Positions 1 to 10,371 of a stretch of 64,000 nt of DNA are shown piece by piece (within the stretch, counting starts at the first letter, position 1; each line of letters starts with the position of its first letter). The stretch comes from an uncultured Thermoleophilia bacterium (GTDB taxonomy: Bacteria; Actinomycetota; Thermoleophilia; UBA2241): positions 288,001 to 352,000 of the forward strand of contig CAVQSP010000013.1 in the NCBI GenBank assembly GCA_963715985.1, read 5' to 3'. The position numbers and the translations under genes are program-made. Under the pieces are notes generated by a model. It was not told the DNA's origin. It did not search any database and was given only the letters and a program-made list of their open reading frames with translations.

Positions 1-563
1 GTGATGCGGTGCAGGTTGCCGTCGCCGTCGTGCGCCTCGCGGGCGCCGGACGCGGCGGTGGCGCCGGCCGCCAGGGCCTCGCTCACGGCGTCGTCGTCGT
101 CGGGCACCAGCAGGAAGATCTGGCTGAGGTCGGCGTGGGCCGCGCGGTACAGGCGCAGCCGGTCGACCTTGGGGCCGGCGTGCGTGCGCTCGTGTGGCCG
201 TACGACGCCGTCCGCGAAGTCGGCGAGCCGCAGCCGTGCGATGAAGCCGCGCCGCATGCGCTCACGCCCGTCCGGGCCCACGTACGCCTGGTCGACGAGG
301 TACATGCTCGGGGTCTCGTCGCGGCGCAGCACCCCGTCCGCCTGCCACTGCCGGAACAGGGCGGCGGAGCGGTGGTAGGCGGCTTCATCGGGCGTCTCGC
401 CCGGCACCACCGGCATGTCCAGACGGACGACGTTGTACGGGCTGCGGGCGCGCAGCTCGGCGTTCTGGGCCGGCGAGATCACGTCGTACGGTGGCGCCAC
501 CACGTCGTCGAGGATCACGGCGCGGTCGTAGCGGATGCCCCTGAAGGGAGTGACGTCAGCCAA
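1..563 (-). CDS. DUF1015 family protein (runs off window start)
   Basis: Read manually from TTG at 563: MADVTPFRGIRY...VVAPPYDVISP...SPYNVVRL...PHERTHAGPKVDRLRL, typical DUF1015 motifs. Confidence 0.85.
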   Translation of the reverse strand, partial: MADVTPFRGIRYDRAVILDDVVAPPYDVISPAQNAELRARSPYNVVRLDMPVVPGETPDEAAYHRSAALFRQWQADGVLRRDETPSMYLVDQAYVGPDGRERMRRGFIARLRLADFADGVVRPHERTHAGPKVDRLRLYRAAHADLSQIFLLVPDDDDAVSEALAAGATAASGAREAHDGDGNLHRI

Positions 564-581
564 GGATGTGGACGGCTCCGG

Positions 582-2114
582 CTAGGGCTGGATGGTGACC
601 GGCATGCCGACGACGATGCGGTCGAAGAGGTCGACGGCGTCCCAGTTGTGCATGCGCACGCAGCCGTGCGACGCGTAGGTGCCGATAGACGAATCCTCGC
701 TGGGGGGCACGCCGTGCATACCAACGCCAGGGGCGCTCGTGCCCATCCAGCGCGTGCCGAGCGGGTTCTCGGTGCCCGGCGGGATGGGCTGCGCGTCCTT
801 GGCCCAGTCGGAGTTGGGCGGCAGCCACGTGGGGTCTTTGATCTTGTCGACGACCGCGTACTCGCCCGTGGGGGTGGGGTACGCGGGCTGGCCCGTGGCC
901 ACCGGGTAGGTCTTGATGAGCTTGCCGTCGCGGTAGAGGTACAGGCGCAGGTCGCCGATGTCCACGATGATGTGACCGCTGAGCGCGGTCAGCACGCTGC
1001 CGCCAACGAGCCCGTCCACAGTCATGCCGTACTTGGCCTGGAACGCCTTGACGGCCTTGACGGTCTTGTCGTTGTAGACGCCCGTGATGTCGGCCGTGTA
1101 CACGCCGGAGTCCCTGAGGTGCTTCTGCAGCTTCTTGACGTCCTTGCCGCGGGCGCCGGGCCACAGGTTCGCCGAGCCGAAGTGCTCCGTGCTGTCGACC
1201 ACGAACGTCTGCTTGCGCGTGACCACGTTGCCGCCCTTGTCCGAGGCGGTGACGACGACGGTGTGCTTGCCTTGGGCGAGGCCCTTGAGATCGATGGAGC
1301 CGTGCGAAGCGGGGCCCGTGAACTCCTGCTCCTCGCCGTCCACCACGAGCTTGACGTCCGGCGTGCCCAGCTGGTCCTGCGCGTTGATGCGGAACCTGAA
1401 GGAGGCGCGCTTCTCGACCTTGTCCAGGGTGGACGTCTTGAGCACTGGAGCCTCGGCGTCGACGTAGACGCTCATCTGGCGCGCCATGGAGTTGCCGGCC
1501 CGGTCTGTGGTCGTGATCGTGACGTCAGACGGGCCGTCGGGCAGCTTGGCGCTCACCGAGTAGTTGCCCGAGGCGTCGGCCTGCCCGCTCGCCTTGACGG
1601 TGGCGCTGCTGACCGTGACCTGTGAGTAGGGCTCGGTGGTGCCGCTGAACGTGGAGGGCGAGGTGTTGATGCGGCCCTGGGCGGTGGAGGCCTCCAGCTT
1701 GAGCGTGGGCACGCTCGTGTCCACGGTGAAGCGCCACTCCTTGTCCACGGCGCGGCGCAGCAGGTTGGAGCTGGAGGCGCTGAAGGTCACGGTGTGCTCG
1801 CCATCGGCCAGCCCGCGGGTCCGGAATGTGAGCGTGTCGCCGTCTTGCGACGTGCGGGCGGTGATGTCCTTGCCATCGAGGTCGACGCGCAGGTCCTTGA
1901 GGTGCGAGAGCCCATGGACGTCGAGGACGACCGTCATGGAAGGGTTCTTGACGTACGCACCGGGCCCGGGCGTCACGGCGGAGACGCGCGGGACGCCCAG
2001 TACCTGCCAGGCGGTGACGGCCGCCAACACACAAACCGCCGCGATGACGAGATAGGGCCAACGGCGGCGGCTGGGTCGAGGAGACCGGTAGACCGTGTAT
2101 GCAGAGTTGGGCAC
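582..2114 (-). CDS. L,D-transpeptidase (YkuD) with Ig-like repeats and peptidoglycan-binding domain
   Basis: N-terminal TM; PG-binding motif VKAFQAKYGMTVDG; NPLGTRWM...HG...SHGCVRM catalytic motif. Confidence 0.9.
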   Translation of the reverse strand: MPNSAYTVYRSPRPSRRRWPYLVIAAVCVLAAVTAWQVLGVPRVSAVTPGPGAYVKNPSMTVVLDVHGLSHLKDLRVDLDGKDITARTSQDGDTLTFRTRGLADGEHTVTFSASSSNLLRRAVDKEWRFTVDTSVPTLKLEASTAQGRINTSPSTFSGTTEPYSQVTVSSATVKASGQADASGNYSVSAKLPDGPSDVTITTTDRAGNSMARQMSVYVDAEAPVLKTSTLDKVEKRASFRFRINAQDQLGTPDVKLVVDGEEQEFTGPASHGSIDLKGLAQGKHTVVVTASDKGGNVVTRKQTFVVDSTEHFGSANLWPGARGKDVKKLQKHLRDSGVYTADITGVYNDKTVKAVKAFQAKYGMTVDGLVGGSVLTALSGHIIVDIGDLRLYLYRDGKLIKTYPVATGQPAYPTPTGEYAVVDKIKDPTWLPPNSDWAKDAQPIPPGTENPLGTRWMGTSAPGVGMHGVPPSEDSSIGTYASHGCVRMHNWDAVDLFDRIVVGMPVTIQP

Positions 2115-2274
2115 GAGCCTCTTCTTGGACGGTTTCTATCCGATTATAACCCGATATCGACATTTTGAGCAGGGGTCTTGAGAAACCCAATGGGACATCC
2201 GTCCGCGGCGTCCGTCTGAGGCTCGCTCGGGCGCGGCCGGGAGGAAATCCCGGGGCCGCGCCAAATCCCGCCTT

Positions 2275-3041
<767 letters not shown>

Positions 3042-3045
<4 letters not shown>

Positions 3046-3470
3046 AGACCGTCGCCCTGATCCTTCGCGATCACCGCGAGGACCTCTGGCAGGGCTGGGC
3101 GGACGCCGCCCGCGATGTTGTCGGCGAGGACTACCGGGAGCTTATCGCGAGCCAGGTCGGCGAGCGCATGGTCCGCAGCCTCACCAACGATCTCGTGGAC
3201 TGCGCGGAGGCGGAGCCCTACGAACTGCCGGGGCTCGCGCGCCGGGCTGAAGAGCGCGTCTCCGGTGAGGCTGCGTCCCGCTTGGGCCTCGGTTTCGAGC
3301 TCCTCGACATGGTCTGCGCCCTGCAGCTGCTGCGCGGCGTGGTCCTCGACGTGCTCATGGACGCCCTGGCGACCGACGAGATGCCGTCGTTCGCCGACAC
3401 ACTCCAGCAGCTGAAGGCCGTGGACGAGCTGCTGGACGGTGTGATCCGCGCCGTGTACGCGGCCGCCTGA
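3042..3470 (+). CDS. Hypothetical helical protein (RsbRD N-terminal-like)
   Basis: GTGA overlap with larB stop; 142-aa helical globin-like sequence. Confidence 0.6.
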
Positions 3471-3515
3471 GGCTGCGCCGGGCGCTCGCGGGGGGGTCCG
3501 CGCCCGTGCCACCAC

Positions 3516-3570
3516 GGCTTGCGCCGTCTCTGAGCCGCGGCTTGCGCCGCTTCTGAGCCGCGGGTAGGGT
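3516..3570 (+). promoter_or_regulatory. ddl promoter (TTGCGC-N17-TAGGGT) overlapping a 23-bp direct repeat pair; probably leaderless
   Basis: Repeat copies 3516-3538 and 3539-3561; -35 at 3542-3547, -10 at 3565-3570, ATG at 3577. Confidence 0.55.
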
Positions 3571-3576
3571 GGCCGC

Positions 3577-4645
3577 ATGCTCCAGCTCGCCCTCATCTTC
3601 GGTGGCAGGTCGGCAGAACACGAGATCTCGGTGGCCTCTGCGCGCTTCGTCGCCGCCATGCTGGACCGCGAGGAGCTCGACGTCGTCCCCGTGGGCATCA
3701 CGCGTGATGGCCGCTGGGTCCGCCCACTGGACCTGCGAGGCGGCCCTTGCCGACGGGCTCGACAGGGCGGTCTGCGAGCCGGTCCATCTGGTCGCCGACC
3801 CGGCGCGTCCGGGCCTCAGCCTTGCGGACGGCACCTTCAGGCCGCTGGACTTCGCGTTTCCCATCATGCACGGCACGTTCGCCGAGGACGGCACCATCCA
3901 GGGCCTTCTCGAGATGGCCGGGCTGGCCTACGCCGGCTCCGGCGTCCTGGCCAGCTCTGTGGGCATGGACAAGGAGATCATGAAGGCGGTGTTCGCCGCC
4001 TGTGGGCTGCCGCAGGTGGACTACGTGGTACTGCGCGACGGCGACGCCCTGCGTGAGGACGCCGTGGCCACCGTCGAGGCGCGCCTGCAGTACCCGGTGT
4101 TCGTCAAGCCGGCCAACCTCGGCTCCAGCGTGGGCATGACGAAGGCTCATGACCGCGCCGAGCTCGGGCCGGCACTCGAGCTGGCCGCATCGTACGACCG
4201 CAAGGTCATCGTGGAGGCGTCGTCCGCCGGTCGTGAGGTCGAGTGCGCGGTGCTCGGCAACGAGGTCCCGCGCGCTTCCGTGGCAGGTGAGGTTGTGCCC
4301 GCCAACGAGTACTACGACTACGAGGCCAAGTACACCCAGGGGAAGATGGAGTTCCTCATCCCCGCACCCATCGGCGATGAGAAACAGGCCGAGGCGCAGG
4401 CTCTCGCGGCGGCTGCCTTCTCAGCCATCGACGCCAGCGGGTTCGCGCGCTGCGACTTCTTCCTCGAGCCCGACGGGCGCATCCTCGTCAACGAGATCAA
4501 CACCATCCCGGGCATGACGGCCATGAGCGGCTTTCCGCGGCTCTGGGCCGCCTCGGGCGTGGACGGCCACGCGCTCATCGCCGAGATCGTGCGGCTGGGG
4601 CTGGCGCGGCACGCCGCCCGCGGGCCGGTGCGTACCGACCACTGA
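3577..4645 (+). CDS. ddl: D-alanine--D-alanine ligase (frameshift near 3735)
   Basis: FGGRSAEHEIS in one frame; HGTFAEDG, KPANLGSSVG, YYDYEAKY, NEINTIPG in the next frame. Confidence 0.9.
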
Positions 4646-4701
4646 GTCCCGCCACGGGGTCTGGGGCCGTCAGCTCACGCGGCTGGACAGCGTACCTGCC
4701 T

Positions 4702-4835
4702 CGCCCCGCTCGTTGACCCGCCTGCGGAGGTCAGTGAGCAGTGCGCCTCCGGCGCCCCGCTCGTTGACCCGCCTGCGGAGGTCAGTGAGCAGTGCGCCTC
4801 CGGCGCCCCGCTCGTTGACCCGCCTGCGGAGGTCA
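4702..4835. repeat. 51-bp tandem repeat, about 2.6 copies, between convergent genes
   Basis: Unit cgccccgctcgttgacccgcctgcggaggtcagtgagcagtgcgcctccgg at 4702, 4753 and 4804 (partial). Confidence 0.95.
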
Positions 4836-5240
4836 ATCGCTGGTGCGGGTGGCGGACGGGGTCGTCATGTCGTTCACCCACTTCTTGAGGCCCAGGTAGC
4901 GCAGGTACTTGAACACGTAGGTGTCGGCGTGTCCCGTCGCGGTAACGCTGAAGACCGCGGACCCGTCCAGGGAAGTGGTGGAGGAGAAGTCGGTGAGCTT
5001 CTCGTTGCTCCGCAGCAGGGCCTGTTCCGCGGCCAGCTGGGCCGCCTTGAGGTCCGTGGTCTGCGCATATTCGACGGTGGCCGCCCTCGCCGCCCTCATC
5101 GCGTCGTCTCTGACGGACTGGTACGTCATGAAGATGGAGAAACCGTCGATCACGATGATGCCGATGACCACGATGACGATGATGAGCCAGAGGTTCTCGC
5201 GGATGAACCCGTCCTGCCCCCGCCAGCGTGAGCCTCTCAT
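4833..5240 (-). CDS. Tad/TadE-like pseudopilin
   Basis: Short basic leader RWRGQDG|F, hydrophobic helix, then AMRAARAA motif. Confidence 0.6.
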   Translation of the reverse strand: MRGSRWRGQDGFIRENLWLIIVIVVIGIIVIDGFSIFMTYQSVRDDAMRAARAATVEYAQTTDLKAAQLAAEQALLRSNEKLTDFSSTTSLDGSAVFSVTATGHADTYVFKYLRYLGLKKWVNDMTTPSATRTSD

Positions 5241-5298
5241 GACCACGCCTCCTTCGCTTCGGCGACCGCCGCCCCGACCTTGGGAGCAGAACGCACGA

Positions 5299-6612
5299 CT
5301 AGTGTACCGCAGTCGCCGCGGTGAGGTGGATACAGAGCACCGCCATGTCGTCGGCGGGGGGGCGGGCGGCGAAGCCGTTCCCGGCCTCGATGAGGCGGTC
5401 GACGACGTCCGCGGCCGGCGCGTCGTGACAGTCACGGAGCACGGCGGCCATGTGGTCCTCGAAGAAGCCGCCGTCCGCGTCGCGCAGCTCCGCGATGCCG
5501 TCGGTGAAGAGCACCAGCACGTCGCCGTGGCTTAGCTCGAGGGCCTCGCTGGGGTACGGCGTCAAGGCCGCTCCGAACTCGACGCCGATGGCCGGCTCGG
5601 TGAGCAGCAGTGGCCGTTCCACGCCGGCGGCGCGCACGATGAAGGGCGTCGGGTGCCCGGCGCTCGCCAGCTGCAGGAGGCCGCGTGGCGTGTTGAGCGT
5701 GCCGAACAGGACGGTGACGTACCGATCCTGGTCCGCGCCGAAGTCGGGCTGTTCCAGGAGCGCGGTGCGTAGTTCCTGCAGCGCCTCGCCCGGATTGGTG
5801 GGCCAGGAGAGCTGGCCGCCCTGGACGGCGGCGCGTAGCACGAACTTGGTGACGAACGTGATGGCCATGGCGTCCACGCCCTTGCCGGAGACGTCACCGA
5901 TGGCGAACGCGAGGGTGCCCGGCGAGCGGCTGTAGAAGTCCAGGAAGTCGCCGCCGCTCAGCACGCCGGCGCTGGCCGAGCGGTAGGCGAAGGCCACGTC
6001 CACGCCGTCGAGGCGCGGCGGCGCGGACGGCAGCAGGCGCCGCTGCAGGCGGTCCGCGATGTCGGCTTGGGCGACGCGGTCCTCCACGAGGCGCCGCCGC
6101 TCGCCGGCGCTCTCGCGCAGGCGCAGGGCGGTGAGACGGCCGAGCGCCTGGAGCGCGTCGGCGTCGGCGGCCGTGAACGGCACGGCACGGCCGCCGACGG
6201 CCAGCACGCCGACGGCGGCCTCCCCCGGGCCGGCCAGCGGCAGCGCGAGGAAGCGCTCGCCGAGGAGCGCACCGAGGCGCTCGCCACCGTCCGCGCCCGG
6301 TGCGTCCGCAGAGAGCAGCTCGTGCGTGTCGCAGACTCCGCCCAGGCCACCGGCCTCGCGCGGCCAGCGCCGGCGCTCCGGGACCCACCCATTGCCGGCA
6401 TCGAAGACCGTGTCGCAGACGACGGCCTCCTCATCGCACAGCGCAGCGAGACCGCGCCGCGACGACGTGAGCCGGCAAGCGGCCTCCACTGCGGCGCGCA
6501 GGACTGCTTCGATGGAGCCGGCCGCAACGAGGGCGCCGAGGTCGTCGAGCAGGCGTACGAGCGCCGCCTCGCGGGCCGGTGCGTCCTCGGGCGAAGCGGG
6601 GGGGAGAAGCAC
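5299..6612 (-). CDS. GAF + PP2C (SpoIIE/RsbU) phosphatase
   Basis: LQRRLLP, GGDFLD, IGDVSGKG, SAGHP, FTDGIAE, DDMA motifs. Confidence 0.9.
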   Translation of the reverse strand: MLLPPASPEDAPAREAALVRLLDDLGALVAAGSIEAVLRAAVEAACRLTSSRRGLAALCDEEAVVCDTVFDAGNGWVPERRRWPREAGGLGGVCDTHELLSADAPGADGGERLGALLGERFLALPLAGPGEAAVGVLAVGGRAVPFTAADADALQALGRLTALRLRESAGERRRLVEDRVAQADIADRLQRRLLPSAPPRLDGVDVAFAYRSASAGVLSGGDFLDFYSRSPGTLAFAIGDVSGKGVDAMAITFVTKFVLRAAVQGGQLSWPTNPGEALQELRTALLEQPDFGADQDRYVTVLFGTLNTPRGLLQLASAGHPTPFIVRAAGVERPLLLTEPAIGVEFGAALTPYPSEALELSHGDVLVLFTDGIAELRDADGGFFEDHMAAVLRDCHDAPAADVVDRLIEAGNGFAARPPADDMAVLCIHLTAATAVH

Positions 6613-6620
6613 GCGCGGCC

Positions 6621-7157
6621 CTATCGGCGGCGCGACGCGGCGTACCACGTCACGAGCGCCTGGGCGCCCAGGGCCGTCAGGGCGACGATGAGCGTGACGT
6701 CCAGCGGCAGGCCGACCACGCCGACCACGAAGACGAAGGCCACGGCCCACAGCAGGGCGCCGGGCAGGACGCGCGCCACGAACCGGCGCCTGAATCCGAG
6801 CCACGCCAGGCGCCGGCGCATGCCGGTGCCGCGGGTGTTGTCGTCGAGGTAGCTGGAGCCTCTGGCGTGGAGCAGGGCTGTGAGCTCGCTGCCGTCCGAG
6901 GAGTAGAGCCGGCATTTGAGCGGCAGACCCTCGTTCCTGCGCAGCACCGCGTCCTCGGCCCTGGCGAAGTACTCCACGAGCGAGAAGAAGCGGTCGTCCT
7001 CGGAGAGCCTGCGACTCTCCAGACGCACTTCGAGGTACAGGCGGTTGGCGGCGGAATCGTACTTGATCTCCGAGCGCCATCCGCGCTTGTCGAAGAACGT
7101 GCCGAGGAACCGGTCGAGGTCCGCCGGGATCTTCTCCACGTCTTGTCTCTGCGTCAT
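6621..7157 (-). CDS. Hypothetical protein with two C-terminal TM helices
   Basis: Clean ORF with GC-biased third codon positions and a hydrophobic C-terminus. Confidence 0.65.
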   Translation of the reverse strand: MTQRQDVEKIPADLDRFLGTFFDKRGWRSEIKYDSAANRLYLEVRLESRRLSEDDRFFSLVEYFARAEDAVLRRNEGLPLKCRLYSSDGSELTALLHARGSSYLDDNTRGTGMRRRLAWLGFRRRFVARVLPGALLWAVAFVFVVGVVGLPLDVTLIVALTALGAQALVTWYAASRRR

Positions 7158-7289
7158 GGCCACGTCCTGATTCTACCCATCGACACAGGCATCGGCAGCC
7201 GCCGTCCGGGGGTGAAGCGCCGATACGGTAGAATGCCCTAGCCAACGGGGCGGCCGTGCCGTCCACGCAAGCGGATCACAGGAGCTCCC

Positions 7290-8555
7290 GTGAAGATCGC
7301 AGTCATCGGCCTGGGCTACGTCGGCCTGCCGCTCGCCATGGTGTTCGCCGAGGCCGGGGTCGAGGTCGTGGGCATCGAGGCCGTCGCTGAGCGCTGCGCC
7401 GAGATCAACGCCGGGCGCAGCTACATCCAGGACGTGCCCGGCGAGGCGCTCGCGGCCATGGTGTACAAGGGCCTCATCCGCGCCACCACCGACTACGCCG
7501 CCACCGAGGACTGCGACGCCGACATCATCTGCCTGCCGACGCCGCTGAACGCCAATCGCGAGCCTGACCTCACGCTGGTCACCGACGCCACCGCGAGACT
7601 GGCCGGGCACCTGCGGCGCGGCCAGCTCGTGACCCTCGAGAGCACGACATATCCCGGCACCACGCGCGATGTGCTGGCGCCGATCCTCGAAGCCGGCTCC
7701 GGGCTCACGGCCGGCGTCGACTTCCACCTCGCCTTCTCGCCCGAGCGCGTCGACCCCGGGCGCACCGACTACACCACCAAGAGCACGCCCAAGGTCGTCG
7801 GCGGGCTCACGCCCGCCTGCATGGCGCGGGCGCTCGAGGTCTACGGCCCCGCGCTCGACAACGTCGTACCGGTGAGCACCCCCGAGGTCGCGGAGATGAG
7901 CAAGCTGCTCGAGAACATCTTCCGCAGCGTCAACATCGCGCTGATGAACGAGCTGGCCATGCTCTGCGACCGCATGAACATCGACGTGTGGGAAGTCATC
8001 GACGCGGCCGCCACCAAGCCGTTCGGCTTCATGAAGTTCCAGCCCGGCCCCGGGCTCGGCGGCCATTGCATCCCCATCGACCCGTTCTATCTCAGCTGGA
8101 AGGCGCGCGAGTTCGACTTCTGGACCGAGTTCATCGAACTGGCCGGCAAGGTCAACGAGAACATGCCGTACTTCTGCGTCGAGAAGCTCCATCGCGCGCT
8201 GAACACGCGGCAGAAGAGCCTGAACGGCGCCCGGCTGCTGCTGCTCGGGGTCGCCTACAAGGCCGACATCGACGACCTCCGCGAGTCGCCGGCGCTCAAG
8301 GTCATCCGCCTGCTTCGCGCCCACGGCGCCGACGTGGACTACCACGATCCGTACTGCGCCGAGCTGCCCGAGTTCGACCTGAAGTCGGTCGATCTCGAGG
8401 GGTATCGGCGCCTCGCCGGCTACGACGCCGTGGTCATCGTAACGGCGCACTCGGCGCTCGACTATCGCACCATCGTGCAGGAGGCCGACCTGGTGGTCGA
8501 CTTCCGCAACGCCACGGCCGGCATCCCCAGCGCCGGCAATATCTGGAAACTCTGA
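7290..8555 (+). CDS. UDP-N-acetylglucosamine 6-dehydrogenase (WbpA-like)
   Basis: GLGYVGLPLA, LESTTYPGTT, SPERVDPG, GGHCIPIDP, DLRESP. Confidence 0.9.
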   Translation: MKIAVIGLGYVGLPLAMVFAEAGVEVVGIEAVAERCAEINAGRSYIQDVPGEALAAMVYKGLIRATTDYAATEDCDADIICLPTPLNANREPDLTLVTDATARLAGHLRRGQLVTLESTTYPGTTRDVLAPILEAGSGLTAGVDFHLAFSPERVDPGRTDYTTKSTPKVVGGLTPACMARALEVYGPALDNVVPVSTPEVAEMSKLLENIFRSVNIALMNELAMLCDRMNIDVWEVIDAAATKPFGFMKFQPGPGLGGHCIPIDPFYLSWKAREFDFWTEFIELAGKVNENMPYFCVEKLHRALNTRQKSLNGARLLLLGVAYKADIDDLRESPALKVIRLLRAHGADVDYHDPYCAELPEFDLKSVDLEGYRRLAGYDAVVIVTAHSALDYRTIVQEADLVVDFRNATAGIPSAGNIWKL

Positions 8556-8570
8556 GAGGGAGAAACACCC

Positions 8571-9602
8571 GTGACTGCTGACAAGGTCCGCGTCGGCGTG
8601 GTCGGGCTCGGCTATTGGGGCCCCAACCTCGCGCGCAACTTCGACCGCCTGCCCGGCGCCGAGCTGGCGTACTGCTGCGACCTGGACGAGGCCAATCTCG
8701 CCAGGGCGCGCAGCTCGTACCCCGACGCCGTGGTCACCGACGACCTCGAGCGGCTGCTCGGCGACGAGACTCTGGCCGCGGTGGTCGTCGCCACCTCCGT
8801 GCCCACCCACTACGCGCTGGGCAAGCGCGTGCTGGACGCCGGCAAGCACGCGTTCATCGAGAAGCCGATCGCACTCAAGGCGGCCGACGCCCAGGACCTG
8901 CTCGACCGGGCGGAGGCCAACGACGTCAAGCTCATGGTGGGCCACCTCCTCGAGTACCACCCGGCGGTGGCCAAGATGAAGGAGCTCATCGACTCGGGCG
9001 AGCTCGGCAAGGTCTTCTACGCCTACGCCAACCGCCTCAACCTGGGCAAGGTGCGCACGGACGAGAACGCGCTCTGGAGCCTGGGCCCGCACGACGTCTC
9101 CGTGCTCAACTACCTCACCGGCGACGAGCCCGAAGAGGTCAGCGCCCGCGGCGAGTGCTACCTGCAGGACGACGTGGAGGACGTGGTGTTCGGCTACATC
9201 CGCTACAAGAGCGGCATGGTCGGGCACCTGCACGTGAGCTGGCTGGACCCGCACAAGAGCCGCAAGATCACGGTGGTGGGCGAGAAGAAGATGGTGGTGT
9301 TCGACGACATGGAGTCGGAGCGCAAGCTCACCATCTACGACAAGGGCGCCACCACCACGCGCACCAAGTTCGACACCTACGGGGAGTTCGTCACCCTGCA
9401 CTTCGGCGACATCCACATCCCCAAGATCGGCAACGACGAGCCCCTGCGTCTGGAGTGCCAGCACTTCGTGGACTGCATCGTCAAGGACGAGCAGCCGCGC
9501 AGCGACGGCCGTGACGCGCTCAACGTGGTCAAGGTGCTCGACGCCATGGAAGTGAGCCTGCGTGAGGGCGGCCGTCCGGTGAAGACGGCCGAGCTGTCGT
9601 GA
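8571..9602 (+). CDS. Gfo/Idh/MocA oxidoreductase (WbpB-like)
   Basis: GLGYWGPNLARN, EKP, MVGH motifs; in operon with the sugar dehydrogenase. Confidence 0.85.
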   Translation: MTADKVRVGVVGLGYWGPNLARNFDRLPGAELAYCCDLDEANLARARSSYPDAVVTDDLERLLGDETLAAVVVATSVPTHYALGKRVLDAGKHAFIEKPIALKAADAQDLLDRAEANDVKLMVGHLLEYHPAVAKMKELIDSGELGKVFYAYANRLNLGKVRTDENALWSLGPHDVSVLNYLTGDEPEEVSARGECYLQDDVEDVVFGYIRYKSGMVGHLHVSWLDPHKSRKITVVGEKKMVVFDDMESERKLTIYDKGATTTRTKFDTYGEFVTLHFGDIHIPKIGNDEPLRLECQHFVDCIVKDEQPRSDGRDALNVVKVLDAMEVSLREGGRPVKTAELS

Positions 9603-10312
9603 CGCTGTCCCCGTCGGAGCTGGGCCACGATCTGCTGCTCGGCGACAACGTCAGCGTGGGCCGCGACGTGGTGTTCGGCGCCCACGTCGTGGTGTACGAG
9701 GACACCGTGATCGGCGACGGCTGCTTCATCCAGGACGGCGCCGTGCTCGGCAAGGTGCCGAGCCTCTCGCCGACCAGCACGGCCAAGCGCGGCGAGCTGC
9801 CGCCGCTGGTGCTCGGCGCCGGCTGTGTGATCAGCACCGGCGCCGTGGTCTACCGCGGCACCACGCTCGGCGCCGGCTGCATCCTCGGCGACTACGCGGG
9901 TGTGCGCGAGCGCTGCACGCTGGGCGACAAGGTGGTCGTGGGGCGCGGCAGCGTGGTCGAGAACGACACGGTGATCGGCGACTTCACCAAGATCCAGACC
10001 AACGTGTACATCACCGCGTACATGACCATCGAGGACCGCTGCTTCATCGCCCCGTGCGTGCAGACCACCAACGACAACTTCATGGGGCGCACCGAGAAGC
10101 GCCACAAGCTCATCAAGGGCGCCACCGTCCGCCGCGGCGCCCGCATCGGCGGCGGCGTGGTGCTGTGCCCGGCCATCGAGATCGGCGAGGAAGCGTTCAT
10201 CGCCGCCGGCGCCGTGGTGACCAGGGATGCGCCGGCCCGTAAGGTCCTCATGGGCGTGCCGGCGCGCGTGGTGCGCGACGTCTACGAGGACGAGCTGCTC
10301 GAGAACCAGTAG
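9599..10312 (+). CDS. Hexapeptide-repeat N-acetyltransferase (WbpD-like)
   Basis: Left-handed beta-helix repeats, GAVVTRD...GVPAR; GTGA overlap. Confidence 0.85.
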   Translation: MTLSPSELGHDLLLGDNVSVGRDVVFGAHVVVYEDTVIGDGCFIQDGAVLGKVPSLSPTSTAKRGELPPLVLGAGCVISTGAVVYRGTTLGAGCILGDYAGVRERCTLGDKVVVGRGSVVENDTVIGDFTKIQTNVYITAYMTIEDRCFIAPCVQTTNDNFMGRTEKRHKLIKGATVRRGARIGGGVVLCPAIEIGEEAFIAAGAVVTRDAPARKVLMGVPARVVRDVYEDELLENQ

Positions 10313-10371
10313 GCGGCGCCCGGCCGCGGCGCCCGTCGCGCGGCCCCTCGCGTCACACCTCGGCCCCGCTC

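Noticed and set aside
4702-4835. CRISPR array
   Set aside because: The intervening sequences are identical, so there are no unique spacers, and no cas genes were seen
7173-9464. Long antisense ORFs (also 9-1625, 11856-13766, 18723-20741, 40635-42203)
   Set aside because: Shadow ORFs of real genes, expected in high-GC DNA; no family motifs
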